A program made the position numbers and the translations under genes. This document shows, piece by piece, positions 37,801 through 48,794 of a DNA stretch of 64,000 nt (its first letter is position 1; the number at the start of each line of letters is the position of its first letter). The notes beneath the pieces were generated by a model. The model was not told where the DNA came from and searched no databases. It saw nothing but the letters and a program-made list of their open reading frames with translations. This DNA is from Candidatus Binatia bacterium (GTDB taxonomy: Bacteria > Desulfobacterota > Binatia > Bin18). The stretch is taken from NCBI GenBank assembly GCA_963666315.2, contig CAXXHG010000038.1, positions 94,015 through 158,014 of the forward strand. Reading direction: 5' to 3'.

Positions 37801-37879
37801 GGCCGACTTTGAGGCCAAGGTCGAGAACGAATTCAACAAGATGGTAGACCAAATCATTAACCCCCAACTCCCGGTTTGA
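34820..37879 (+). CDS. res: type III-like restriction endonuclease/helicase (BPTD_3080-like Res)
   Basis: PILNSPYEYP, LKLATGAGKT, NDEAHHCY, SMLTEGWD, EQVIGRALRR, C-terminal YIPDF..IVEIKG. Confidence 0.88.
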   Translation: MDNRFFERPILNSPYEYPAQYWELDGDGQPTHQIMEGRRPAKFVTPIPKPRKRKGASDQQQFVFDEGQGLSSAEQQYERTATIINAIRRQVDRWRNRPNVADWHVTPETARLLQHWRHHEFSNIRPFFCQLEAVETVIWLTEVAPTAGKTGKDFLDHLLRASADANPDLIRLALKLATGAGKTTVMAMLIAWQTINAKRSPMSKRFTRGFLVVTPGLTIRDRLRVLQPNDPDSYFRDRELVPNEMLGDLKGAKIVITNYHAFKLRERMELSKGGRSLLQGRGQALSTLETEGQMLQRVVPDLMGMKHIIVLNDEAHHCYRQKLGEEQEGDLKGDEKKEAAKHKEAARVWISGLEAINRKLGVTRVIDLSATPFFLSGSGYVEGTLFPWTVNDFSLMDAIECGIVKLPRVPVADNIPGGEMPKFRNLWEYIRARMPKKGRGKGKTLDPLSLPVQLQTALEALYGHYKKTYELWEESGIRVPPCFIVVCNNTSTSKLVYDYISGFTRENEDGSSTLENGRLALFRNFDEHGNPLARPRTLLIDSEQLESGDALDTNFRNVASEEIERFRREIAERTGDRSQAENITDQELLREVMNTVGKQDRLGESIRCVVSVSMLTEGWDANTVTHVLGVRAFGTQLLCEQVIGRALRRQSYDLNEEGRFNPEYADVLGIPFDFAAKPVVAPPQPPRETIRVSAVRPDRDHLEIEFPRVQGYRVELPEERLTAEFNDDSILELTPELVGPSITRNAAIIGEDIDLSLKHLKDRRPSRVLYNVTTRLLYTKWRDPGEDPKLHLFGQLKRITKQWFDNCLTCKGGTYPAQLMYQELADMACERINAGITRALVGTRPVKVLLDPYNPTDSTMHVDFTTSKRGRWETDARRCHINWVILDSDWEAEFCRVAEAHSAVQTYVKNHNLGLEIPYRYGSTMRTYIPDFIVVLNDGHDDPLHLIVEIKGYRREDAKEKKSTMETYWVPGVNNHGQYGRWAFAEFTEVYQMEADFEAKVENEFNKMVDQIINPQLPV

Positions 37880-37883
37880 AACT

Positions 37884-40700
37884 ATGGCAAAGAGAGCAAC
37901 CAAAAAGAAGAAGACGGTCGAAACGCTCAAGCACCAAGACGCGTCGCGCAAGAACATCCCCACCGCCGAGTTCCAGTCCGTCATGCGCAAAGACGAGCAA
38001 AGCCCTATTCAAGTTGCCTATGAGCGGCGCAACCGCGAGCTCGACCCACAACTTGTCTGGCGAGGTAAGGACGAACAGAACTGGTCAGACTTGGTGGTCC
38101 AGGCACCGCCACTCTATATCCAAGAGAAAGTCCACCCGAAGGTGCTTATTGACGACCTACTCCGCCACACTAAGGCGGAGTACAAAGCCGCCGAATCCCA
38201 GTTCGACCTGTTCGCTGACTTCAACGGTCTGCCTGACGAGGCGCACTCAACCGAATTCTATCAACACGATGCTAACTGGACCAACCGTATGATCCTGGGT
38301 GACGGCCTGCAAGTCATGGCGTCCCTAGCCGAACGCGAGGGCCTGCGTGGCAAAGTCCAGTGCATCTATATCGACCCGCCCTACGGCATCAAGTTCAACT
38401 CTAACTTCCAGTGGTCTACCACCAGCCGGGAGGTAAAGGACGGCAACGCCGAGCACATTACGCGTGATCCTGAGCAGGTAAAAGCATTTCGGGATACGTG
38501 GCGAGATGGAATTCATTCGTATCTGACCTACCTACGTGACCGACTCACCGTCGCGCGTGATCTTCTTTCCGATACTGGATCGATTTTCGTTCAGATGGGC
38601 GATGAGAATGTCCATAGGGTTCGTGCTTTGATGGACGAAATTTTCGGGGACGTAAACTTCCTGAGCTTGATTACAATTCAGACGACGACCGGATTCGAGG
38701 CCCGCTATGTTGGTAACATGTCAGACTTTGTTCTCTGGTACGCGAAGGACAAAGATCGCGGTAAAGCAAGACCTTCATTCTATCGTAGGGAGTTCGAGCT
38801 TGGTCAAGGAAATGCCAGGTGGCTTATGTTCGACGACTTCACCTATCGTGGCGTTACCGCGAAAGAGAAGCGGAATGAAGAGACCATTCCGTCAGGCGCG
38901 AAGCCGTACCAACCCGACAACATCATTTCGCAGGGTCGTGCTAAGGATCGCCAGCCTTTCACGTTTCGGAGCGAATCATATGACACGTGGGAAAAGAACT
39001 CGCACTGGAAGGCATCTTACCCGAAAGGGATGCAAAGGCTCGGAAAAGCAAACCGGATTCACATCGCTGAGAATTCGATTCGATACGTTCGGTATCACGA
39101 CGACTTTGAACTCGGAGTCCACGGAAACATTTGGACTGATACAGGAACGGGCAATTTCACTGACGAGAAGCTCTACGTCGTCCAAACGAACACGAAAGTC
39201 GTTGAACGGTGCATACTAATGGCGAGCGACCCGGGCGACTTGGTTCTCGATCCAACCTGCGGTGCAGGCACGACCGCTTACGTCGCTGAACAGTGGGGCC
39301 GTCGTTGGATCACCGTTGATACGTCTCGGGTCGCCTTGGCATTGGCGCGTGCTCGCATCATGGCCGCTCGCTATGCGTATTATCTGCTGGCCGATAGTCG
39401 AGAGGCGCAACTCAAAGAAGCTGAAGTCACCCGTTTGGCTCCTTCCGAAGCGCCAACGCACTGTAATATTCGACACGGGTTTGTGTACGAACGCGTGCCA
39501 CACATCACACTTAAATCTATCGCTAACAATGCGGAGATTGACGTGATCTGGGAGAAGTTTCAGGAAACGCTTGAACGGCTAGGCGAGAAACTGAATCGCG
39601 ATTTAGGGAGAGCGAAACAGCCGTGGGAAGAGTGGCAAATCCCTCGTGAGGCTAGCGAAGACTGGCCGAAGAAAGCGCAGAAACTCCATGCAGAGTGGTG
39701 GGAGCAGCGGATTGCTCGGCAGAAGGAGATCGACGGGTCTATCGCTGCCAAGGCCGACTCTGAATACCTGTACGACAAACCCTATATTGACAATAAAAAG
39801 GTTCGCGTCGCCGGGCCGTTCACCGTCGAGAGCCTGTCCCCGCACCGCGTATTTGTCGTGGATGAGAACGATGAGCTAATCGGCGGCGTCGCAGAGCCGC
39901 AAGCCAGTTACTGAGAGGAGCAGGACTTCGCCCAGATGATATTAGAAAACCTCAAGACCGCCGGCGTGCAACAGGCTCACAAGGAAGACAAGATCAATTT
40001 CACGTCGATTACACCCTGGCCGGGAGAGCTGATCTGCGCTGAAGGACGCTACATCGAAGGTGATGAAGAAGCAGGCATCGAGAAACGTGCAGCGATTTTT
40101 ATCGGTCCGGAGTTTGGCACGGTCTCTCGTCACGACTTAGTAGAAGCTGCCCGCGAAGCTGGAGACGCGGACTTCGACGCATTGATCACCTGCGCCTTTA
40201 ACTACGACGCCCATTCATCGGAGTTCAACAAGCTCGGACGTATCCCCGTGCTCAAGGCACGCATGAATGCCGATCTGCACATGGCCGATGATCTGAAGAA
40301 TACCGGCAAGGGCAATCTATTCGTCATATTCGGCGAACCGGATATTGATCTCCAGGATGCTGAAGATGGGCAGATCCAAGTGAAGATCAACGGCGTAGAC
40401 GTATTCCATCCGAACACTGGTGAAGTCCGTAGCGACACTGCGGACGGGATTGCGTGCTGGTTCATCGACACCGACTACAACGAAGCAAGCTTCTTTGTTC
40501 GCCATGCCTATTTCCTTGGTGCGAACGACCCATACAAATCTCTCAAAACCACTCTCAAGGCTGAGATCAACGAAGACACTTGGGCCACGCTCAATAGTGA
40601 TACGTCCCGACCGTTTGATAAACCCATGTTTGGTCGCATTGCGGTAAAAGTGATTAATCATCTTGGAGATGAAGTGATGAAGGTGTTCCGGGTGGATTAG
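37884..40700 (+). pseudogene. mod: type III-like DNA methyltransferase (Mod) split by an in-frame TGA at 39912-39914
   Basis: YIDPPYG, LDPTCGAGTT; ORFs 37884-39914 and 39936-40700 share a frame (ASY*EEQDFAQMILENL); ends RIAVKVINHLGDEVMKV. Confidence 0.88.
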
Positions 40701-42770
40701 ATGGACTTTCGCATCGCCGACACGTTCACCACTAGCCTCACCAAGCTGACCGACCAGGAGCAGAAGGCAACAAAAACCACGGCCTTCGACTTACAACTCG
40801 ACCCTGCGAATCCAGGGTTGCAATTTCATAAGCTCGATAAAGCCAAGGACCCGAATTTCTGGTCAGTACGCGTCAGCCGGGATGTCCGTTTGATTCTGCA
40901 CAAAACTGAGGCGAGCCTGTTGTTGTGTTATGCCGATCATCACGACGACGCCTATCGCTGGGCCGAGCGTCGTAAGCTGGAAACACATCCGAAGACGGGC
41001 GCTGCCCAGTTCGTAGAGATCCGTGAAACAATAAAAGAAATCACTATCCCCCAATATGTAGAGGTCGAACCGGCGGCGACGACCCGACCCTATTTGTTCG
41101 CCGATGTCTCGGAGCAAGATCTGCTGAGCTACGGTGTACCGATCGAATGGTTGGACGACGTACGCCGAGCGAATGAAGACTCTCTCCTTGAGTTGGCCGA
41201 TCATCTACCCAGTGAGGCGGCTGAAGCACTGCTGGACCTAGCTACAGGCGTAGCACCGCAAATGTCGCTACCTTCAGCCGGCTCAGATCCATTCGACCAT
41301 CCCGACGCACAGAGACGTTTTCGAGTCATGAGTGACGTGGAAGAACTCGAACGTGCACTCGAATACCCCTGGGAGAAGTGGACCCTTTTTCTGCATCCAG
41401 CCCAGCAGCAGTTGATTGAAAGGAACTTCAATGGTCCCGCGCGGGTTTCAGGTTCAGCAGGCACAGGGAAAACCATAGTCGCCCTCCATCGGGCTGTGTT
41501 TCTTGCCCGAACGAATCCTGACGCGCGGGTGTTGCTCACCACATTCTCAGATATATTGGCCAATGCGTTGAGAACTAAGCTGAGGCAGTTGATCAGCAAT
41601 CAGCCACGTCTTGGTGAACGCATAGAAGTGCATGCTCTAAACGCCATCGGCCAGCGACTGTACACGTCACACTTTGGTCGCCCACAGCTCACAACGCGAG
41701 AAGAGTTGCGTCAGTTTCTTGAAGAAGCCGCCGACCAGGTCAGCGATCATCAGTTTACGTCCCATTTCTTGCTGACGGAGTGGAACGAGGTTGTTGATGC
41801 CTGGCAGTTGGAATCCTGGGATGCGTATCGTGAGGTTCGCCGGCTGGGCCGTAAGACTCGATTGCCCGAGCGTCAGCGTGAGGTGCTGTGGTCGATTTTC
41901 GAGCGGCTGCGATCCAAACTCAAGGCGGGGAATCTCATCACCTATTCGAACATGTTCAGTCGGCTGGCATCTCAGTTTGCTGAGAGCAAACGCTCGCCTT
42001 TTGAGTTCGTCGTCGTCGACGAAGCACAGGACATTAGCGTCACCCAGTTGGGTTTTCTTGCTGCGTTCGGGGCTAACAATCCCAACAGTCTCTTCTTTGC
42101 TGGTGACCTTGGGCAGCGTATATTCCAGCAACCCTTCTCATGGAAGGCGCTCGGGGTAGACATCCGCGGGCGTTCGCCCACGTTGAGAATTAACTACCGC
42201 ACGTCGCACCAGATCAGAATGCAGTCCGACCGGTTATTGGGGCCCGCATTGTCCGACGTGGACGGCAACATGGAAGACCGGCGAGGTACCGTCTCAGTAT
42301 TCAACGGACAGAGTCCTAGCATCATAATTTCGGACAGCCAAGAAGGCGAGATCAAAACAGTCAGTCTGTGGCTTTTGGATCGAGTGGAAGAGGGAGTGAT
42401 GCCGCACGAAATAGGTGTCTTCGTGCGTTCTGCGGCAGAGCTGGGCCGAGGCCGAGCAGCCGTCGAGGATGCTGGGTTTTCCGTTAGTATTATGGACGAC
42501 AACATTGAAACGATCACTGGGCACATATCGCTGAGCACCATGCATCTTGCCAAGGGGTTGGAGTTCCGAGCCGTCGCCGTGATGGCGTGTGATGATGAGG
42601 TCCTCCCCCTACAGGCACGGATTGAAACGGTCGCGGATGATAGCGATCTAGAAGAAGTGTATAACACGGAACGGCACCTGCTGTACGTTGCGTGCACTCG
42701 CGCACGTGATTATCTCCTCGTAACCAGTGTAGATCCAGCCTCCGAGTTCCTGGACGATCTTCGCATGTAA
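40701..42770 (+). CDS. RelE/ParE-like N-terminal domain fused to UvrD-like SF1 helicase
   Basis: TFTTSLTKL..NPGLQFHKL..FWSVRVSRDVRLI; GSAGTGKT, VDEAQD, NYRT, AKGLEF, LYVACTRA; ATG directly follows the mod TAG. Confidence 0.85.
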   Translation: MDFRIADTFTTSLTKLTDQEQKATKTTAFDLQLDPANPGLQFHKLDKAKDPNFWSVRVSRDVRLILHKTEASLLLCYADHHDDAYRWAERRKLETHPKTGAAQFVEIRETIKEITIPQYVEVEPAATTRPYLFADVSEQDLLSYGVPIEWLDDVRRANEDSLLELADHLPSEAAEALLDLATGVAPQMSLPSAGSDPFDHPDAQRRFRVMSDVEELERALEYPWEKWTLFLHPAQQQLIERNFNGPARVSGSAGTGKTIVALHRAVFLARTNPDARVLLTTFSDILANALRTKLRQLISNQPRLGERIEVHALNAIGQRLYTSHFGRPQLTTREELRQFLEEAADQVSDHQFTSHFLLTEWNEVVDAWQLESWDAYREVRRLGRKTRLPERQREVLWSIFERLRSKLKAGNLITYSNMFSRLASQFAESKRSPFEFVVVDEAQDISVTQLGFLAAFGANNPNSLFFAGDLGQRIFQQPFSWKALGVDIRGRSPTLRINYRTSHQIRMQSDRLLGPALSDVDGNMEDRRGTVSVFNGQSPSIIISDSQEGEIKTVSLWLLDRVEEGVMPHEIGVFVRSAAELGRGRAAVEDAGFSVSIMDDNIETITGHISLSTMHLAKGLEFRAVAVMACDDEVLPLQARIETVADDSDLEEVYNTERHLLYVACTRARDYLLVTSVDPASEFLDDLRM

Positions 42771-42963
42771 GATTGGTGCTGGTTGACCGGATCAACTTCC
42801 AGACCTCGTACTGAATATTTTGATGCTTTGTGTCGGGAATTGGCGCAAAGCTCGTCCGCCGCTACCGCTATCAATTCCGGTGGGCAATCATAGACTTCAC
42901 GCGATGTCGTAACGTGGCTTCTATCTCGCCTGTGTTCCAAGTAGCCGAGGTAAAAGCCGAGTC

Positions 42964-42993
42964 GGGCAGCTAAGGGTAGCTAAACGGGTAGCT
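42964..42993 (+). repeat. GGG(C/T)AGCT x3, probable arm-type sites
   Basis: Copies at 42964, 42974 and 42986, 60 bp before the 88-bp repeat. Confidence 0.5.
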
Positions 42994-43052
42994 GTTAGTG
43001 TCAGATACTGGCGAATACCGAGGAATATGGAGTAGCCGGCCAAGTCGCCTAA

Positions 43053-43140
43053 GGCCCGTGAAAGCCAGTTCTTTCCGCTACCTGGTGTGCTCTATGGATA
43101 CCGAGCAATACGACCCAAAAGGATTTTGAGTCCACTGCGT
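43053..43140 (+). repeat. 88-bp direct repeat, copy 2 (ends in tRNA-Leu-like core)
   Basis: Matches 13347-13434 with 2 mismatches. Confidence 0.95.
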
Positions 43141-43377
43141 GCCAGCGGCAGCAGCAGCGTCCGTCCATCCTGTCAAAAACCGTCAATATCTTCTGCCACC
43201 AAGGCTGGTGTTGCGCCGCACACCTGAAAGATATCCTGACACACCCGCGGCCCAACTTCCGTTGCAATCGGCTTGGCCTCTGCTATTGAGGAAATCGGCT
43301 ACAGGAACCGTAGAGTGAGCCGTAGATTCGAGTCAAACAGCGTTTCCGAGAGGTTGCTAAGTGCTTGAAAAGAAAAG

Positions 43378-43450
<73 letters not shown>

Positions 43451-43609
43451 ACACGAAGGTTGTCTGGCGGTTAAAACGAGCGGGGAAATCCCCCCGAAAT
43501 GACTGTAATCAGGCTAGCAGCCACCTCTATTCTTTGCAAGGGTGAGAAGGCCCCATGACCTCTAGACCGCGCTTCCAGCGCTCCGTGTGGGGCGAGGATT
43601 TCTTGGGGG

Positions 43610-44836
43610 TTAAACGAGCCCCACAGATAAATAGGTGAGCACCCCGCGCAGCCCGGTTGCATCGAAGTGGGCATTGATCTTAGAGCGGAAAATAAAATGA
43701 TAGAAGCCATCGTCGGATTTGGCCTCCGCGGGCGGGTTCTCATCCCAGGCCCCTTGTTGGCATGCGTCGAGCAGGCTTTCATCTACCGCGTAACTTCCGG
43801 ACCGGGTATGAAACGTGAGTCCCCGCAGTACGCCCTGGCCGTCCAGTTTAGCTTGGATTTGAACTGGATTGCTCGCAGCAACAACATCGTCAACTTGCAG
43901 ATTTCGACGCTGGTAAATCAGCAGGTTTTGAAAAACACGCTGGGCGACACGGCGAACGAATGGCGCAAAACGGCTCGCCTTGGTGTTCAGAAAGGTCAGA
44001 TTGCCTTTGCGGACGTCGGGCAGATGATCGAGGGTGCCGCGTGGTCCGGGCATAGTGAGGAAATTTTCGCGGGCTGGTGGCGGGGCCATGGCGAGGAGTT
44101 CATTGCCGGACGGTGGCGTACGCTGCGCTTCGGCATCGCCGTCTTGAGAGAGCCAACCTCTGGCTAATAAATCATTCGGGCGTGCAAAGAGCTGCGGTTT
44201 TGCCCTTGGAGCCTGAGGAGCTCCCTTGGCTGGCGACCGCTTTTGGCGGGCCTCTTTGACTGCCTTCTCCAGCGGATTCTCGACCGGAAGCTTGCGGCTC
44301 GGGTCCCGTACGGGTGTATTGAGTGCGAGCTGGGTCGGCTTTTCTTGCTGGGTTTTATTGGGATCAGCTTTTTCCGGGGTCTGTTGCTTCTGCTCTTCGG
44401 GCGGTTTGGTCAGTGGGGTGCCAATGGCGACTGTCTGCTCTTTGACGGCGGTGTTGCGGTCGCTCAGCAAACGCGTCTTGTCCGGAACTTGGTCATTGAC
44501 CTCATCTGGTACACTAACGATCTGTTCCTCTGGAACTGCCGGCATTGGCTTGTCTTCTTCTTTGGGCGGCTCTTCCGGCGGCGGCTCCTCTTTGACTTGC
44601 AGCTGGACTTGGGCCTGCGGCCGGACTTGGGCTATCTGTGGGGGAGCTGCGGCTTCCGGGGGGAGAAGCTCAATCTCGGTGAGTTGCTCTTGGAGGGGGC
44701 CTACCGCGCGCTTGAACTGTGGCCACAAGAGTAATAATACGAGGTGCAGGATAAGAGACAGGATGAGGAAGCGCGCAAGCGGATCGTGTGGATCACGCTG
44801 TGCAGGGCGGGGCAGTGTTGAAGCCATAACCGACAT
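43610..44836 (-). CDS. TonB/TolA-like energy transducer protein
   Basis: N-terminal TM with SLILH, Pro/Glu/Lys-rich linker, C-terminal [16 protein letters not shown]. Confidence 0.75.
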   Translation of the reverse strand: MSVMASTLPRPAQRDPHDPLARFLILSLILHLVLLLLWPQFKRAVGPLQEQLTEIELLPPEAAAPPQIAQVRPQAQVQLQVKEEPPPEEPPKEEDKPMPAVPEEQIVSVPDEVNDQVPDKTRLLSDRNTAVKEQTVAIGTPLTKPPEEQKQQTPEKADPNKTQQEKPTQLALNTPVRDPSRKLPVENPLEKAVKEARQKRSPAKGAPQAPRAKPQLFARPNDLLARGWLSQDGDAEAQRTPPSGNELLAMAPPPARENFLTMPGPRGTLDHLPDVRKGNLTFLNTKASRFAPFVRRVAQRVFQNLLIYQRRNLQVDDVVAASNPVQIQAKLDGQGVLRGLTFHTRSGSYAVDESLLDACQQGAWDENPPAEAKSDDGFYHFIFRSKINAHFDATGLRGVLTYLSVGLV

Positions 44837-44943
44837 CGGGGCATTCTAGCTGTCAGGTGGTGAGGCCGCAAGGAAACGCCCCTCTAGCGACCGACGACGC
44901 AGTCTTGCTTGGCCAGGTGCACCAGCTTATAGTAGACAATACG

Positions 44944-45144
44944 ATGTTTGGTCTTGGCGTTGGCGAGCTCCTCATTATATTGGTTATTGTCCTGATCATT
45001 TTTGGGGCAGGAAAATTGCCGGAAATAGGCGAGGGCCTCGGGAAGGGCATACGCAGCTTTCGGAAAGCGGTTAAAACGCCAGATGAGATTGATGTCACTC
45101 CTGAGCAGGAACCTGAAGAAAGCTCCAGCGAAAAACCTCAGTAA
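44944..45144 (+). CDS. tatA: twin-arginine translocase subunit TatA
   Basis: [42 protein letters not shown]. Confidence 0.95.
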   Translation: MFGLGVGELLIILVIVLIIFGAGKLPEIGEGLGKGIRSFRKAVKTPDEIDVTPEQEPEESSSEKPQ

Positions 45145-46136
45145 GACTGTTCGAACTGGGCGGCGATCACCCGGATGCTAAACTCCGCGATCTGAGACGG
45201 TGGGTCGGTAAAGGTGATCAAAAAATCGACGGCTGCCCCAGCCGGAACACGAAACTGCCTCGGCGGCATCAAACTTTGCAAGATATTCACCTCGCGCCGG
45301 GTGAGACTCTCAAGCACCTCCGGCGCGGTCTCAGTCCCACAGAAGATCATCCGTTGTCCTAAAACTTTTCCATTCGCATGTAGCAGGGTGCCTTCAATTT
45401 GGATGCTGTGTGCCGGCACGCCAGCCTGATTTATTGCCCTGCCGGCAATGGCAAAGATCCGCTGCTTGTCTTTCGTGAGCCAAAACCCGCCGCGCATTTT
45501 TGTTAAGGCAATATGTCGGGCTGAGGGTCGTTCTGCGTCGAGCATGGGGCCTAATACGGGAATGCGGGAGAGGGTGGCTGCTGTCGTTTCTAGATACGAG
45601 AAGGCGAGAAAGGTGAATGCTGCATAGCCTGATACGACAAGGCCCAGCACCAGTATCAACAGCTTTACTGAGAAGATCATTTCTTGCGGAGTTGCAGGAG
45701 GAAGTGGGGCAAGTTCAATGCGGCCTTCGTCTTGCTCGGTTCCGTCGAAAAACGGAGCGTCCGCAGACGAAAAGTCCCCGAGCAACGGCTCTTCGCCCTG
45801 GTCTGTCTCCGTTTGCTCTGTCTCTGTTATAGTGTCTAAAGCCGTAGCAGCGGCGTCAGAATCGGCCCACTCTTCATGAGATTGGAGCGAGTCAACGGTT
45901 GGACCGGGAGGCACAGCAGGCCTGATAGGGGGATCATCAGAGGGATTCTCGGCGGGATCATCGACGGAAGCCTCGGCTTCATGCTCGGGGCCTGGTTCTG
46001 TTTGCAGAGCAGGGCGAGAGTAAGGGAAAACGTGTCCGCAGTCTGCTTGCGTGCACTCAAAAAATGTTGTTTCGTCGGGTGCCCCTGCCGTATCAGTCCT
46101 GTAGCGGGTATGGCAGGATGGGCATTCCACAATCAT
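45138..46136 (-). CDS. zinc-ribbon / DUF3426-like membrane protein
   Basis: [30 protein letters not shown], acidic linker, one TM, beta-rich C-terminal domain. Confidence 0.8.
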   Translation of the reverse strand: MIVECPSCHTRYRTDTAGAPDETTFFECTQADCGHVFPYSRPALQTEPGPEHEAEASVDDPAENPSDDPPIRPAVPPGPTVDSLQSHEEWADSDAAATALDTITETEQTETDQGEEPLLGDFSSADAPFFDGTEQDEGRIELAPLPPATPQEMIFSVKLLILVLGLVVSGYAAFTFLAFSYLETTAATLSRIPVLGPMLDAERPSARHIALTKMRGGFWLTKDKQRIFAIAGRAINQAGVPAHSIQIEGTLLHANGKVLGQRMIFCGTETAPEVLESLTRREVNILQSLMPPRQFRVPAGAAVDFLITFTDPPSQIAEFSIRVIAAQFEQSY

Positions 46137-46263
46137 GCGCCACCTCCTCTGAACCCTCCTGGATTGTAGGCAGAAGTGGAGAAAAATCAACATCGTTGAC
46201 GGCAAGTCAGAGAAAAACCTATAATACTCTTGTTATGTGTTCATACATACATAAGAGGAAGAT

Positions 46264-47091
46264 TTGATCATTTTTGCTGCTCTGCGCATGGGTTTCATTG
46301 TGCTGCATACGCTCCTGTGGGGCGGCCCGGTGTATCTGTGCTCTTTCTTAGACCCCTATGCTGAACGTGCCGCGCGTCTGATCCGTTTCTGGGCAAGAGG
46401 AAATTTGCGAGCGTGCGGCGTGACAGTTCACTCACGGGGGCTAGATCGACTCGACCCGCACACGGCCTATCTCTTTATGTCAAATCACCAGAGTCAGTTT
46501 GATATCCTTGCTCTTATGTCGGTGCTGGTAGATTTTCAATTGCGTTGGGCAGCCAAGCAAGAACTGCGGAAAATTCCGATACTTGGCGCGTGTATGCACC
46601 GGACGCATCAGGTCCTGATTGATCGCGACAGTCGGACTCAGGCGGTTGCCACGTTACGCAAGGTCAAAGAACTCCTGCACGCTGGTATCTCGGTGTTGTT
46701 TTTCCCTGAGGGGACGCGAGGTCCGGACCGAGGCCTGTTACCTTTTAAACCGGGTGGTTTTGCGGCTGCGGTGGCAGCCGGGCTACCGGTCGTACCGATC
46801 ACTATCAACGGCAGTCGGGCGATACTGCCGCCCGGGGACTGGAAAATACGGTCCGGAGAAATAGAGATTGTATTTGGAGAACCCATTCCGATCAAAATAG
46901 ACGGGAACAAGAAGGCTGCGCGACGAGCATTGTTGGCGCAGGTCGAAGCGGCAATTGCTGCTCAGATCAGCCCCGGGCTGTCCGATTCGTCCATGCGAGA
47001 GACCGCGGCAGAGGCCGCCGGCAGACAGGCTGCGATACAGCCTGGACGGCGTAAACATTCTGAATATTGTCAGCCTGGGATGCCTGCATGA
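46264..47091 (+). CDS. plsC: 1-acyl-sn-glycerol-3-phosphate acyltransferase
   Basis: SNHQSQFD, FFPEGTR, PFKPGGF. Confidence 0.92.
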   Translation: MIIFAALRMGFIVLHTLLWGGPVYLCSFLDPYAERAARLIRFWARGNLRACGVTVHSRGLDRLDPHTAYLFMSNHQSQFDILALMSVLVDFQLRWAAKQELRKIPILGACMHRTHQVLIDRDSRTQAVATLRKVKELLHAGISVLFFPEGTRGPDRGLLPFKPGGFAAAVAAGLPVVPITINGSRAILPPGDWKIRSGEIEIVFGEPIPIKIDGNKKAARRALLAQVEAAIAAQISPGLSDSSMRETAAEAAGRQAAIQPGRRKHSEYCQPGMPA

Positions 47092-48755
47092 GTGAGGGGA
47101 GTCTACGTATCATTCCTTTGGGCGGATTGGGTGAGATCGGTCTCAATCTGATGCTGATTGAGTACTGTCCGGCTGGATCGGGAGAAACGGTCGCCATCGC
47201 AGTGGACTGTGGCCTCATGTTTCCTGAGCAGGAAATGTTGGGGATAGATATCGTCATCCCTGATTTCAGCTATCTGCGCGACCAGCACCATCTCCAGGCC
47301 GTTGTGCTGACGCATGGACATGAAGACCATATTGGCGCGTTGCCGCATCTCTTGAAAGAATTTAATGTTCCCGTATACGGTACGCCGTTTACCCTGGGCT
47401 TGCTGCGCGACAAACTCCGCGAACACCGCCTCTTCGAGCAGGTTGAGTTGCACGAATTCCGGCCGCGCGAATCCTGGGACATCGGCCCCTTTACGATTGA
47501 GGGCATTCACGTCACGCACAGTATTGTGGATGCTTCCGCGCTGGCCATTACCACGCCGCTCGGTACGATTATCCACACCGGAGATTTTCGGTTGGATCAG
47601 ACGCCGATAGATGGCAGGCAGTCGGATCTGAATCGTTTTGCTGAGTGGGGCGAGCGTGGTGTACTGCTGCTCTTATCGGACTCGACGAATGTGGAGCGGC
47701 CGGGCTCAACCCGGTCCGAAAGTGTGGTGACGCGGCCGATTGAGGATCTCATAGCGCACGCCTCAGGCAAAGTCTTGGTGGCCACCTTTGCGTCGCATAT
47801 TCACCGCATCCGCCAAATCATCGATCTGTCGGTGAAACAAGGACGCAGTGTGGGCATTGTAGGCAGACGTCTGGTCGGGAATATCGGGATTGCCGAGCAG
47901 ACGGGGCATTTACAGCTTCCGGCCGAGGCGATGATCGACCCGTCGACCGTGCAAGACCGAGATCCACGAACGGTGACCTTGCTCACAACCGGGTCTCAAG
48001 GTGAGCCGCTTTCGGCTTTGTCTCGTATTGCCACCGGCGGACATAAGCAGATTAAACTTGAGGCTGGAGATACGGTCATCTTGTCGTCGCGAGTCATTCC
48101 GGGCAACGAGCGTACGATTGCGCGCTTGATTGACCACCTCTATCGCCGCGGAGCTGAAGTTTATTATGAGGCTATTGCCTGCGTCCACGTCTCTGGTCAC
48201 GCTGCGCAGGATGAGTTGCGGATCATGCTGAATCTTGTCCGGCCTACATACTTTGTGCCCGTACACGGCGAATATCGTTTCTTAGTGCGGCACTGCGAAC
48301 TTGCGCGTGAGGTCGGCGTTGATCCGAACGGTGTCTTCCTGGTTGAGAACGGGCAGGTCTTGGAGATTGATGCGCACGGAGCGCAACTCACCGATCCTGT
48401 CGTGGCCGGGCGCGTGTTTGTGGATGGGTTGGCTGGTATTGAAGAAGAAGTTTTGCGAGATCGTCGGCATGTCGCAGAAGACGGATTGGTTGTCGTCATT
48501 CTCGGCCTTGATCTACAGACCGGTCAGCTGTTGAGTGGACCGGACCTGCTGTCACGGGGATTTCTGCCCTCAACAAACGGGGATGGATTTGCTGAGGCTA
48601 AGGATGCCGTACGAGCCACGCTGGACGAACTGCCGCACGAATCGTGTACAGACGTGGGTGTCGTCAAAGAACAAGTCCGTCTGGCGCTCCGGCGCCATTT
48701 TCGCAAAACTCTGGGGCGACGGCCCGTGGTCCTGCCCTTTGTGATGGAGATGTAG
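47088..48755 (+). CDS. rnj: ribonuclease J
   Basis: IIPLGGLGEIGLN, LTHGHEDHIG, TGSQGEP, HVSGHA, PVHGE. Confidence 0.96.
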   Translation: MSEGSLRIIPLGGLGEIGLNLMLIEYCPAGSGETVAIAVDCGLMFPEQEMLGIDIVIPDFSYLRDQHHLQAVVLTHGHEDHIGALPHLLKEFNVPVYGTPFTLGLLRDKLREHRLFEQVELHEFRPRESWDIGPFTIEGIHVTHSIVDASALAITTPLGTIIHTGDFRLDQTPIDGRQSDLNRFAEWGERGVLLLLSDSTNVERPGSTRSESVVTRPIEDLIAHASGKVLVATFASHIHRIRQIIDLSVKQGRSVGIVGRRLVGNIGIAEQTGHLQLPAEAMIDPSTVQDRDPRTVTLLTTGSQGEPLSALSRIATGGHKQIKLEAGDTVILSSRVIPGNERTIARLIDHLYRRGAEVYYEAIACVHVSGHAAQDELRIMLNLVRPTYFVPVHGEYRFLVRHCELAREVGVDPNGVFLVENGQVLEIDAHGAQLTDPVVAGRVFVDGLAGIEEEVLRDRRHVAEDGLVVVILGLDLQTGQLLSGPDLLSRGFLPSTNGDGFAEAKDAVRATLDELPHESCTDVGVVKEQVRLALRRHFRKTLGRRPVVLPFVMEM

Positions 48756-48794
48756 TGGTCCTGCGATGTGTGGTGGAGATTTGGGGAGGTGGGT

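Noticed and set aside
39912-39914. TGA as selenocysteine or an alternative genetic code
   Set aside because: Non-catalytic linker position, no evident SECIS hairpin, and TGA ends other genes here (for example hsdM, ruvA).
43141-43330. Possible integrase C-terminal remnant beside the tRNA
   Set aside because: Position fits and CCGTAGA occurs twice, but no convincing catalytic motif could be read in any frame.
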